IMG/VR virus record: IMGVR_UViG_3300012953_007610
Coordinates: 1-34,197 of that record
DNA length: 34,197 bases
Direction: 5' to 3' (one strand)
DNA from: a virus
Lineage: Duplodnaviria; Caudoviricetes
Part shown: piece by piece, positions 9,111-16,921 of the stretch
Position numbering within the stretch: the first letter of the stretch is position 1
How the letters are laid out: each line of letters opens with the position of its first letter
The notes under the pieces: generated by a model
Seen by the model: the letters and a program-made list of their open reading frames with translations, nothing else
What the model was told of the DNA's origin: nothing
The model's database searches: none
Position numbers and translations under genes: made by a program

Positions 9111-10550
9111 TTGAAAAACATTCTTTTAACAGCTGCTGGAAGTCCAGTGTTTATACCAACCTGTAAATCTTTAAGATCAAACCCTAATTTAAAAGATTTA
9201 ATAATCCATACTTGCGATATGAATTCTAATGCTATTGGTTTGAAAATAGCAGATAAATTCTTTATAGTTCCACCAGGAAACTCTGAAGAGTATATTGATG
9301 TTGTTCATTCATATTGCAAAGAAAATAAAATTGATTTGATAATTCCAGCTGCAGATGAAGAACTTTTGGTTCTCAGCGAGAATGCAAATCTATTCTTAGA
9401 TATAAACTGTAAGATATTGGTATCATCTCCTGACTCTCTTAAAAGAGTTCAGAATAAATCAAAGCTATATTTTGAATGCTCAAATAGTTTTGTTCTTCCA
9501 AGCTTAGTCCCCAACCATTTTGTTTGCAATGATTTAAACAGTTTTAAAAGTTCATTTAAAAAAATTAGATCTAAGCATGATAAAGTATGCGTAAAGCCAG
9601 CGTCTGGTCACGGTAGCAGAGGGTTCAGAATAATAGAAGATTTGCCAACTAAAAGTGATTTTTTTACCAAAAAACCAAATTCTAGATCAGCAACTTTTGA
9701 TTTCATGTGTAATATTCTTGGTCAAGATGAAAATAAAATTCCTGACTTATTAGTAATGGAATATCTTCCTGGAGAAGAATACAGCGTAGACATATTTTGC
9801 AGAGACAACAAGTTTTACTGCATAACTCGAAGACGAGATGAAATCAAAGAAGGAATATGCTCTGCTGGTGCTGCGATAGAAAAACTTGATCTAATAGAAA
9901 TCTCAAAATTTATATACAAGCAATTTGATTTAAAGTACAGCGTAAACATACAATTTAAGTACGATTCTAATGGACATCCAAAGATTTTAGAGATTAATCC
10001 AAGATTAGCTGGAACCATGGAGCTTTCCCGCGGTGCTGGAGTTGATTTTGTTAGGTTAGCAGTTGATGAAGCATTTGGGTTTGAGAACTCCCTAGATTAC
10101 AATCCAGCCTGGGGAACAAAAATGCAGAGAGTCTGGTTAGAAGTATTCAGCTCAAATGAATCGCTAAAGGTTTTAGATTCTTTTCAGTGTTTGTTAGAAG
10201 AAAAATTTTGCAGCTCTGGTAGATTTTCTGATTCTGGAAAGCAAAAAGTAGCCTTAATAGACATAGATGAAACAATTTGTTTTTATTCTAGCGATAGAAA
10301 ATATGATTTAGCTGAACCAAATTTTGAAAACATTGAAAAAGTAAATAGCCTTTATAATAGCGGCTGGAAAGTAGTGTATTGGACAGCTAGAGGATCGGTT
10401 TCAGGAAGAGATTATACAGAATTTACGAGATCTCAATTAAATAGCTGGGGATGCAAATATCATAATTTGGTTACTGGAACAACAAAAAATCCAAAACCTC
10501 ATTTCGATCTTGTTATAGACGATAAGTCAAAAAGAATAGAAGAATTATAG
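9111..10550 (+). CDS. ATP-grasp ligase (CarB/PylC-like) fused to C-terminal capless HAD phosphatase (EcbF/BcbF-like)
   Basis: ATP-grasp: NILLTAAG, VKPASGHGSRG, MEYLPGEEYSVD, NIQFK, LEINPRLAG. HAD: IDIDETIC, YWTARG, KPHFDLVIDDK. TTG start after GGAG. Confidence 0.85.
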   Translation: MKNILLTAAGSPVFIPTCKSLRSNPNLKDLIIHTCDMNSNAIGLKIADKFFIVPPGNSEEYIDVVHSYCKENKIDLIIPAADEELLVLSENANLFLDINCKILVSSPDSLKRVQNKSKLYFECSNSFVLPSLVPNHFVCNDLNSFKSSFKKIRSKHDKVCVKPASGHGSRGFRIIEDLPTKSDFFTKKPNSRSATFDFMCNILGQDENKIPDLLVMEYLPGEEYSVDIFCRDNKFYCITRRRDEIKEGICSAGAAIEKLDLIEISKFIYKQFDLKYSVNIQFKYDSNGHPKILEINPRLAGTMELSRGAGVDFVRLAVDEAFGFENSLDYNPAWGTKMQRVWLEVFSSNESLKVLDSFQCLLEEKFCSSGRFSDSGKQKVALIDIDETICFYSSDRKYDLAEPNFENIEKVNSLYNSGWKVVYWTARGSVSGRDYTEFTRSQLNSWGCKYHNLVTGTTKNPKPHFDLVIDDKSKRIEEL

Positions 10551-10574
10551 TCAAAACATTTTTGTTTTTCTTAT

Positions 10575-10580
10575 TATAAT
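10575..10580 (+). promoter_or_regulatory. Candidate -10 element (TATAAT) upstream of deacetylase gene
   Basis: Perfect TATAAT in a 56-bp intergenic gap, 26 nt before the start. No convincing -35. Confidence 0.35.
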
Positions 10581-10606
10581 TTTTAGAGAGTGTACGGAGT
10601 TTAGTC

Positions 10607-11227
10607 TTGAATTTCAGCTTTAAAAATATATTGGTTGTTTCGCCACACCCTGATGACAGTGAATATTCCTGTTATGGAATCATAAAAAAACTAAATTCCA
10701 AAACAACTATTTTAGTTTGCTCTTCTGGCGGTATGGGAGATGAAACAAACTATTCTGATAGGATTTTAGAAGTTAAGAATTTTTGGAAAACTTATGACCG
10801 CGAAGTTGAATTAATTCACGAAGATTTGTTAAGCTTACCATATCACGAGGCTGTAAAATATTTAGACTCTTTGCTGGAAAATTCAAGTTTTGATGCAGTT
10901 TTTATAACCCCAGAAGATGATACAAATCAAGAACATAGACATATGTCTGCGGTAATAAAGTCTAGCCTGAGAAACAAAAATTCAACTATTTTAGAATATT
11001 GGACCCCATCAACTAACCATGGTTGGGAACCAAACATATGGTTGTCTATAGAAGAATCTCTCTTTAGAGAAAAAAACAATCTTCTTTTATCTTCTTTTAA
11101 GAGCCAAAATTCTAAATCTTACTTTCAACAAAGCTATATAGATTCTTTTCATAGAGATTGGCAGGCTATAAAAAGAGGTATACCTCGGTGCGAAAAATTT
11201 AAACTAGTTTCATGGATGGGTTCATGA
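10607..11227 (+). CDS. PIG-L/LmbE family N-acetylsugar deacetylase
   Basis: ILVVSPHPDDSEY metal-binding motif, DTNQEH, C-terminal EKF. TTG start after GGAG. Confidence 0.85.
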   Translation: MNFSFKNILVVSPHPDDSEYSCYGIIKKLNSKTTILVCSSGGMGDETNYSDRILEVKNFWKTYDREVELIHEDLLSLPYHEAVKYLDSLLENSSFDAVFITPEDDTNQEHRHMSAVIKSSLRNKNSTILEYWTPSTNHGWEPNIWLSIEESLFREKNNLLLSSFKSQNSKSYFQQSYIDSFHRDWQAIKRGIPRCEKFKLVSWMGS

Positions 11228-12159
11228 GTTTCCACGTTGTTTTTAGAGAATCAGTAAGAAATTGCATGCCATTTTCTTTTGAGTACCAGCAACCTGCTTC
11301 ATATTTTGTTGAGAATCATGGAGCTATCATATCATATCAAGATGAATTTTTTGATGGAGTATGTCAAAGCTTAAATAAAGAAGATACTGTTGTGCTCTTT
11401 ATTGATATAGATAGCGAAGAAAAAGCTGAAATACTAGCTAGCACCACTGCTAGAAAAGTATTAAGAGTTGTAGATCCATCTAAGTCAGATAGGAAACTGT
11501 ATAAAAACGCTTTAGCTTTACACGAAAAGGTTAATTTTGATGCCTTCGCGATTTGTTATCCAAACAAAGATCATGTAGATTTCTTGAAAAATAAAGGTAT
11601 AGAAGTTATTGTTTGGCCGCACACACTCGATTTTTCAGATTCTAAAGACTCAGTTAAAAAATCAGGCATTTGGATTAGCAGTGGTCAGCAACACCAAGAA
11701 TACTATCCTAGTAGATGGAAACTTACTGATATTCTAATGAGAAACTTTGGCGAATATGGCACATTTTTACCACATCCTGGATATGAATTAGATAACTTAA
11801 GGCATCCATATATCGGTAAAAAATATCTAGATTTATTAGAGAATTATTGGTTTATGCCAATCGGTATCGGAATCAATGACGGACTTCACATGAAATTTGT
11901 AGAGGCAGCTTATTCTAATTCTCTTCCAATAGGCACAGTCCCATCGTATGTTCCTGACCATATAGCGGAGTTAGTGCCTTTTTCAAAAGTAGATCCAAAT
12001 GATTACAATGAGCAAACTATAATAAGAGAGCTGGTTAGATTGGTAAATAACCCTGAAGAACTAGCTAGAAGAATTTCGCTTTATAAACAATACTTTGTTG
12101 AAAATTATAATCTTCCAAATGTGTTAGAAAATCTAGCAGATAAAATTTTAAAAAGATAG
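11224..12159 (+). CDS. Putative glycosyltransferase (GT-B, CgeB/YkvP-like)
   Basis: YYPSRW, LPHPGY, GKKYLDLL, MKFVEAAYSNSLPIG resemble the C-terminal Glyco_trans_1_2 domain. ATG 11224 lies in an ATGA overlap (track start 11212). Confidence 0.6.
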   Translation: MSFHVVFRESVRNCMPFSFEYQQPASYFVENHGAIISYQDEFFDGVCQSLNKEDTVVLFIDIDSEEKAEILASTTARKVLRVVDPSKSDRKLYKNALALHEKVNFDAFAICYPNKDHVDFLKNKGIEVIVWPHTLDFSDSKDSVKKSGIWISSGQQHQEYYPSRWKLTDILMRNFGEYGTFLPHPGYELDNLRHPYIGKKYLDLLENYWFMPIGIGINDGLHMKFVEAAYSNSLPIGTVPSYVPDHIAELVPFSKVDPNDYNEQTIIRELVRLVNNPEELARRISLYKQYFVENYNLPNVLENLADKILKR

Positions 12160-12169
12160 TGGAAAAAAT

Positions 12170-13042
12170 ATGAATGAAAAAATATTAGTAACTGGTGGTC
12201 TAGGCTTTGTGGGATCTCATCTTGTTGATTCTTTAGCCGATTCTGGGAATGAAGTTACTGTAATTGATAATCTTTGCTCTGAGTCTAGTAGCCGCAAATA
12301 TATGAGAAGCGATGTAAGATATTGGATTGACGATGTTAGAAATATCAATTCTTACAAATACGAAAATGAAGAGTTTGATATTGTATATCACCTAGCGGCT
12401 TTAGCAAGGATTCAGCCTTCATTTAAAGACCCTCTGACTTACCTTTCAATAGATATAATGGGAACATCAAATGTTTTAGATTACGCCCGCAGAAAGGAAG
12501 CTCGGGTCGTCTATGCAGGCTCTTCTTCAGCTTATGCAGGTCCAATGCTTAATCCGTATGCTTTTGCAAAATTTACTGGTGAACAAGTTTGTGAAATGTA
12601 TAATAAGGTATATGGTATGAGCGTAGTAACAGCTCGATTTTTTAATGTTTATGGTGATAGACAGCCTACGTCTGGTGCTTATGCAACAGTTGTTGGAGTT
12701 TTTGAAGGGCAAAAATTAAATAATAGATGCCTTACTGTTACAGGGAATGGCGAACAAAGAAGAGATTTTACTCATATATCAGATATCGTTTCTGGTTTTG
12801 AAGCTCTTGGAAAAGGTCTACACTGTGCAGAAATATACCAATTGGGAACAGGAAAAAACCATTCTATTAATGAACTAGCTGAAATGTTTGGCGGAGAAAT
12901 AGAATATATTCCACCTCGCCCAGGCGAAGCGTGGACTACTTTGGCAGATCCAGCCAGTATGGAAAAAGAAACTGGATGGGCTGCAAAAATTGATATTAGC
13001 ACCTATGTGCAAAATTGGCTTAACAACAAGTGTTTAAGCTAG
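12170..13042 (+). CDS. NAD-dependent nucleotide-sugar epimerase/dehydratase (extended SDR)
   Basis: ILVTGGLGFVGSH, YHLAA, GSSS, YAFAK (YxxxK), RFFNVYG, GNGEQRRDFTHISDIV. Confidence 0.92.
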   Translation: MNEKILVTGGLGFVGSHLVDSLADSGNEVTVIDNLCSESSSRKYMRSDVRYWIDDVRNINSYKYENEEFDIVYHLAALARIQPSFKDPLTYLSIDIMGTSNVLDYARRKEARVVYAGSSSAYAGPMLNPYAFAKFTGEQVCEMYNKVYGMSVVTARFFNVYGDRQPTSGAYATVVGVFEGQKLNNRCLTVTGNGEQRRDFTHISDIVSGFEALGKGLHCAEIYQLGTGKNHSINELAEMFGGEIEYIPPRPGEAWTTLADPASMEKETGWAAKIDISTYVQNWLNNKCLS

Positions 13043-13058
13043 TATAAGGAGAAACAAA

Positions 13059-13295
13059 TTGGTTTCTAAGAAGAGGCACCTAGCCAAAGCTTTGAGCTGG
13101 CGTACCTTAGGAACTATCGATACAATGATGATCGGATGGCTAGTGTCAGGCGATCCAATGATTGGTGTGTCTATAGGATCTATTGAGGTAGTAACTAAAA
13201 TTTTTCTTTACTATGCTCATGAAAGAGCGTGGTACAAGTTTTCAAATTTTGGATTAAAAGAGAGAATAAAGGAAAATAATTTAAATGACAACTAA
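13059..13295 (+). CDS. DUF2061-like small membrane protein
   Basis: KALSWRTLGTIDT...KIFLYYAHERAW signature. TTG start after AAGGAG. Confidence 0.8.
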   Translation: MVSKKRHLAKALSWRTLGTIDTMMIGWLVSGDPMIGVSIGSIEVVTKIFLYYAHERAWYKFSNFGLKERIKENNLNDN

Positions 13296-14241
13296 TTTAC
13301 ACTTTCATGAACATAAAATACCGACAGAACTTAAGTCAAAAAGATATGGTCATAAACCAGCAGTAGTTTGGTTAACAGGTCTTTCTGGCTCTGGAAAATC
13401 AACTATTGCTAATTTGCTTGAAGCGAAACTTTTTGATTTGGGTTATAAGACTTACATTTTAGACGGAGATAATGTGAGGCTAGGGCTGAATAACGACCTG
13501 GGCTTTAGCCCTGAAGATAGAACTGAGAATATTAGAAGAATCGGAGAGGTAGCTGCGTTGTTTGCAGATTCTGGAACAATAGTAATATCAGCTTTTATTT
13601 CGCCGTATCAAGAAGATAGGCTGAGGGCCCGTAATGCTTGTTCTCATGATTTTATTGAAGTCCATGTTGACTGTGATCTCTCTTCTTGCGAAACTAGAGA
13701 CCCAAAAGGTCTTTATAAAAAAGCAAGAGCTGGAATAATAAAAGGGTTTACAGGAATTGACGCTCCATACGAAAAGCCTAGTAATCCAGAAGTTTTAGTA
13801 AAAACAGACGAATCTTCTGTTAGCGATTGTACTGATAAAATAATCTCTTATATGGTAGAATCTGGAATTATAAATTCTTCTCTTGGAAAAATCAGCACCC
13901 TAGATAAATCAAAGACAATTGCTATCGATTTTGATGGAGTTATTCATGCATACTCTAAGGGTTTTGATGGACTTGAAAATGCATATGATGATCCCCATCC
14001 TGGCGCTGTAGAAGCACTGGATAGATTAAAAAGTGCAGGTTTTAAGCTAGTAATAATGTCTAGCAGGCCCGCTTATGTAATTAGAGATTGGCTGTGTAAT
14101 TATGGTTTAGAAACATATTTTGACGATGTCACAAATGTCAAAAGGCCGGCCAGTTTTTATATTGATGATCACGCAATAGAGTTTAAAAAGGGAGATAAGA
14201 ACTCTTGGATCAGAGCTTTAAACAAAATTTTAGATGTTTAA
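13285..14241 (+). CDS. cysC: Adenylyl-sulfate (APS) kinase fused to C-terminal HAD-superfamily domain
   Basis: VWLTGLSGSGKSTIA, LDGDNVRLGL..DLGFS..DR.ENIRRIGEVA, ISAFISPY, RDPKGLYKKARAG..FTGIDAPYE. The C-terminal ~110 aa carry IAIDFDGVIH, IMSSR and FYIDD. Confidence 0.93.
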   Translation: MTTNLHFHEHKIPTELKSKRYGHKPAVVWLTGLSGSGKSTIANLLEAKLFDLGYKTYILDGDNVRLGLNNDLGFSPEDRTENIRRIGEVAALFADSGTIVISAFISPYQEDRLRARNACSHDFIEVHVDCDLSSCETRDPKGLYKKARAGIIKGFTGIDAPYEKPSNPEVLVKTDESSVSDCTDKIISYMVESGIINSSLGKISTLDKSKTIAIDFDGVIHAYSKGFDGLENAYDDPHPGAVEALDRLKSAGFKLVIMSSRPAYVIRDWLCNYGLETYFDDVTNVKRPASFYIDDHAIEFKKGDKNSWIRALNKILDV

Positions 14242-14653
14242 GAAAGGAATGAAATTGAAAAACAAAAGAGCTTTATTTATCGGAAGATGGCAACCATTTC
14301 ACAATGGACACAAATGGCTAATTAGCCAAAAACTAAAGCATGGTATACCCTGCACAATTGCTGTGCGAGATATTCCTCCTGACAGCAAAAATCCATTTAC
14401 CACAGAACAAACTGTTGAAATGCTTACTAAAGCGTATTGCGAAGATGATGTTGAAGTTATAACAATATCTGATATAGAGAGTGTAAACTATGGAAGAGGC
14501 GTCGGCTATGAAATTAACGAGCACGTTCCGCCAAAAGATATTGGGTTTATTTCTGCTACTGAAATTAGAAAAAAGATTGCTACAAACGATCATTCTTGGA
14601 AAGAATTAGTAGATCAAAAAATTCATGACTTAGTTGCAAAATACCTACTTTAA
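14234..14653 (+). CDS. Small HxGH (cytidylyltransferase-like) nucleotidyltransferase
   Basis: FIGRWQPFHNGH, NPFT, ISATEIRK. The start may be TTG 14255, 6 nt after AAGGA. Confidence 0.85.
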   Translation: MFKKGMKLKNKRALFIGRWQPFHNGHKWLISQKLKHGIPCTIAVRDIPPDSKNPFTTEQTVEMLTKAYCEDDVEVITISDIESVNYGRGVGYEINEHVPPKDIGFISATEIRKKIATNDHSWKELVDQKIHDLVAKYLL

Positions 14654-14683
14654 ATCACTGCTCGATCTGTAAAACCTAAGTTA

Positions 14684-14712
14684 TTGAACATTGCATGAAC
14701 TTTTGATATAAT
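14684..14712 (+). promoter_or_regulatory. Sigma70-type promoter for nuclease gene
   Basis: TTGAAC (14684-14689), 17-bp spacer, TATAAT (14707-14712), with extended -10 TG at 14704-14705. Confidence 0.7.
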
Positions 14713-14733
14713 TTTAATAGAAAAGGTTTATAT

Positions 14734-15582
14734 ATGAGTAATTTTCCGACGCAGAAAGCACATATCTCTTATTCTGAAGTTAAAACTTGGAAAGAGTGTC
14801 CCTTTAGACATAAGCTAGCATATATTGATAAAGTAGATCTAGGTGAAGATTCTCCGTATTTAGATTATGGAACTCTTCTCCACGACCAACTTGAGCGATA
14901 TCTCAATACAAGAACAATGGATTTGGATGAACTAGAAGAAAATCTCAGGAAAGCTTGGAAAGAAAAAGGCTTTGATTCTAAAGAATATATTGAGAAACAA
15001 GCAGCTTGGAGAAAATTTAATGGCTGGAAACCCAAGCCCCATGTCTATATTGATGAATGGGTAAATTGGGCTAGAAATTCTTTAGAGGATATTCCAGAGT
15101 TTTTAAATAAAAATTTTCCAAACTGGAAAGCAATTTCTGCAGAAGAAGAACTCTATGAAAACTTAGAAGATTATGATATAAATTTTAAGGGATTCATCGA
15201 TGCTGTTATTGAGTGTGATGGTCCAAGAGGAAAAAGAACCCGGTGGATTTTAGATTGGAAAACAGCAAATCCAGGTGGATGGTACAAGGATAAAAGAAGA
15301 GATTTTTTAACGCAAGCTCAAATTTCATCTTATAAATTATTTTGGCGTAAAAAAAATAATTTTGGGCCCAGAGAAGTTAAGTGCGGATTTGTTCTTCTTA
15401 AGAGAGGTGCTAAACCTGGAAAAACCTGCGAGCTACTCTCAGTCTCATCTGGTCCAAAAATGGAAGAGAGGGTAATGAAACTAGTAACGAGTATGGTATC
15501 TTCAGTACGCCGAGGAATCTATCTCAAAAATAGAAATTCCTGCATGTTTTGCGACTATAAAGATACGCCTCACTGTACATAA
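14734..15582 (+). CDS. PD-(D/E)XK nuclease, Cas4/AddB-like, probable 4Fe-4S cluster
   Basis: HISYSEVKTWKECP, GTLLH, FKGFIDAV, ILDWKT, QISSY, C-terminal CMFC-x7-C. Confidence 0.85.
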   Translation: MSNFPTQKAHISYSEVKTWKECPFRHKLAYIDKVDLGEDSPYLDYGTLLHDQLERYLNTRTMDLDELEENLRKAWKEKGFDSKEYIEKQAAWRKFNGWKPKPHVYIDEWVNWARNSLEDIPEFLNKNFPNWKAISAEEELYENLEDYDINFKGFIDAVIECDGPRGKRTRWILDWKTANPGGWYKDKRRDFLTQAQISSYKLFWRKKNNFGPREVKCGFVLLKRGAKPGKTCELLSVSSGPKMEERVMKLVTSMVSSVRRGIYLKNRNSCMFCDYKDTPHCT

Positions 15583-15605
15583 TTTTATTACTTTTAAACT
15601 GTTTT

Positions 15606-15639
15606 GAGGCGGTTATTTTAAGACTGTCTCTTTTTGTTT
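15606..15639 (+). terminator. Probable intrinsic terminator
   Basis: GAGGCGGTT / GACTGTCTC 9-bp stem (3 G-U pairs), 7-nt loop, then TTTTTGTTT. It starts 23 nt after the nuclease stop. Confidence 0.6.
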
Positions 15640-15644
15640 AAGAT

Positions 15645-15650
15645 TATAAT
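15645..15650 (+). promoter_or_regulatory. Candidate -10 element (TATAAT) upstream of GT4 pair
   Basis: Perfect TATAAT just after the terminator, 23 nt before ATG 15674. No clear -35. Confidence 0.35.
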
Positions 15651-15673
15651 GCGTTTTCAAATTCGGAGATTAA

Positions 15674-16921
15674 ATGAGAAAAAAGAAGATATTAATGTTA
15701 TCAGATCATGCTTTAAGCACTTCGGGAGTTGGAACCCAGAGCCGTCACTTAATTCATGGTCTTTTAAATCAATATCCGGGCCATTGGAGCTTTAGGCAGT
15801 TTGGCGGTGCTATTAAGCACGATGACTATTCAATCAAAGTAGTAAATCCAGATTTTATAATTAAACCAACAGATGGTTTTGGTACGCAAGAGTTATTGAG
15901 ACAAACTTTAGCTACTGAAAAACCAGATTTAGTGTTAATTTTTACTGATCCAAGATTTTTTGATTGGTTGTTTGCAATGGAAGATGAAATTCATCAAGTT
16001 TGTCCAATAGCGTGGTGGCATGTTTGGGACAATAAACCATATCCAAAATTCAATGAACATTACTATCAAGCCACTGATTTAATTAACTGTCACTCTCATC
16101 TAACATACTCCATGATAGTTGAACATTTTCCAAACAAAACCAATTTTGTGCCCCACGCATTGCCAGGAGATATATACTATCCGCTTCCACATTTGGCAAA
16201 AAGAGAAGCTAGAAAAAATATGCTTGGTCAAAATAATAAAAATGATTTTGTTTTATTTTGGATGAATAGAAATGCTCGCCGAAAAAGACCGAATGATTTG
16301 CTATTAGCCTGGAAATTATTTATGGACAAAATCCAGAGCGAAGGAAAGTCTGACGCTAAGCTGATAATGCACACCCAGCCAAATGATCCAGAAGGACCCA
16401 ATCTTTTTGCAACAGGAGAGCATTTCGGTTTAACAGAATCAGTTATATTTTCTGCAGAAAGAGTTGGGTTTGACAAAATTAATATTCTTCACAATATTGC
16501 AGACTGCTGCATTAATATTTCTTACGCAGAAGGCTTTGGATTAGCAACGTTAGAATCAATGCAAGCAGGCACGCCAATTATCGCTTTAAAGACTGGTGGC
16601 TTGACAAGACAAGTTGTTGATCATAGAGATGACAGCGAAAATGGAGTTGCTCTAGACGTAGAACTCAAGTCCCTAGTTGGTTCTCAGACTGTTCCATACA
16701 TTTATGAAGATTATTGTAGTCCAGAAAAAATTGCTGATGCAATTTATAAAATGTATAGTATGAATAGAGAACAAAAATTAGAAATGAGCGAAAAAGTTAA
16801 GTCTTATGTTCACTCTGAATTTTCTTACGATAATACTATAAAAATGTGGCACGATTCAATGATTGATACTATAGAAAACTGGAAATCAAATTATTCTCGA
16901 TGGACTTTGGAGGAAAAATAA
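15674..16921 (+). CDS. Glycosyltransferase family 4
   Basis: KILMLSD...SGVGTQ, NRNARRKR, ISYAEGFGLATLESMQAGTPII...GGL. Confidence 0.9.
   Translation: MRKKKILMLSDHALSTSGVGTQSRHLIHGLLNQYPGHWSFRQFGGAIKHDDYSIKVVNPDFIIKPTDGFGTQELLRQTLATEKPDLVLIFTDPRFFDWLFAMEDEIHQVCPIAWWHVWDNKPYPKFNEHYYQATDLINCHSHLTYSMIVEHFPNKTNFVPHALPGDIYYPLPHLAKREARKNMLGQNNKNDFVLFWMNRNARRKRPNDLLLAWKLFMDKIQSEGKSDAKLIMHTQPNDPEGPNLFATGEHFGLTESVIFSAERVGFDKINILHNIADCCINISYAEGFGLATLESMQAGTPIIALKTGGLTRQVVDHRDDSENGVALDVELKSLVGSQTVPYIYEDYCSPEKIADAIYKMYSMNREQKLEMSEKVKSYVHSEFSYDNTIKMWHDSMIDTIENWKSNYSRWTLEEK

Noticed and set aside
13285-14241. cysC as an auxiliary gene for host sulfate assimilation
   Set aside because: No cysH/cysIJ/cysK in the window. 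A PAPS-consuming sulfotransferase in the same cluster explains it better.
14734-15673. CRISPR-Cas locus around the Cas4-like gene
   Set aside because: No other cas genes and no repeat-spacer array; flanking gaps are under 100 bp.
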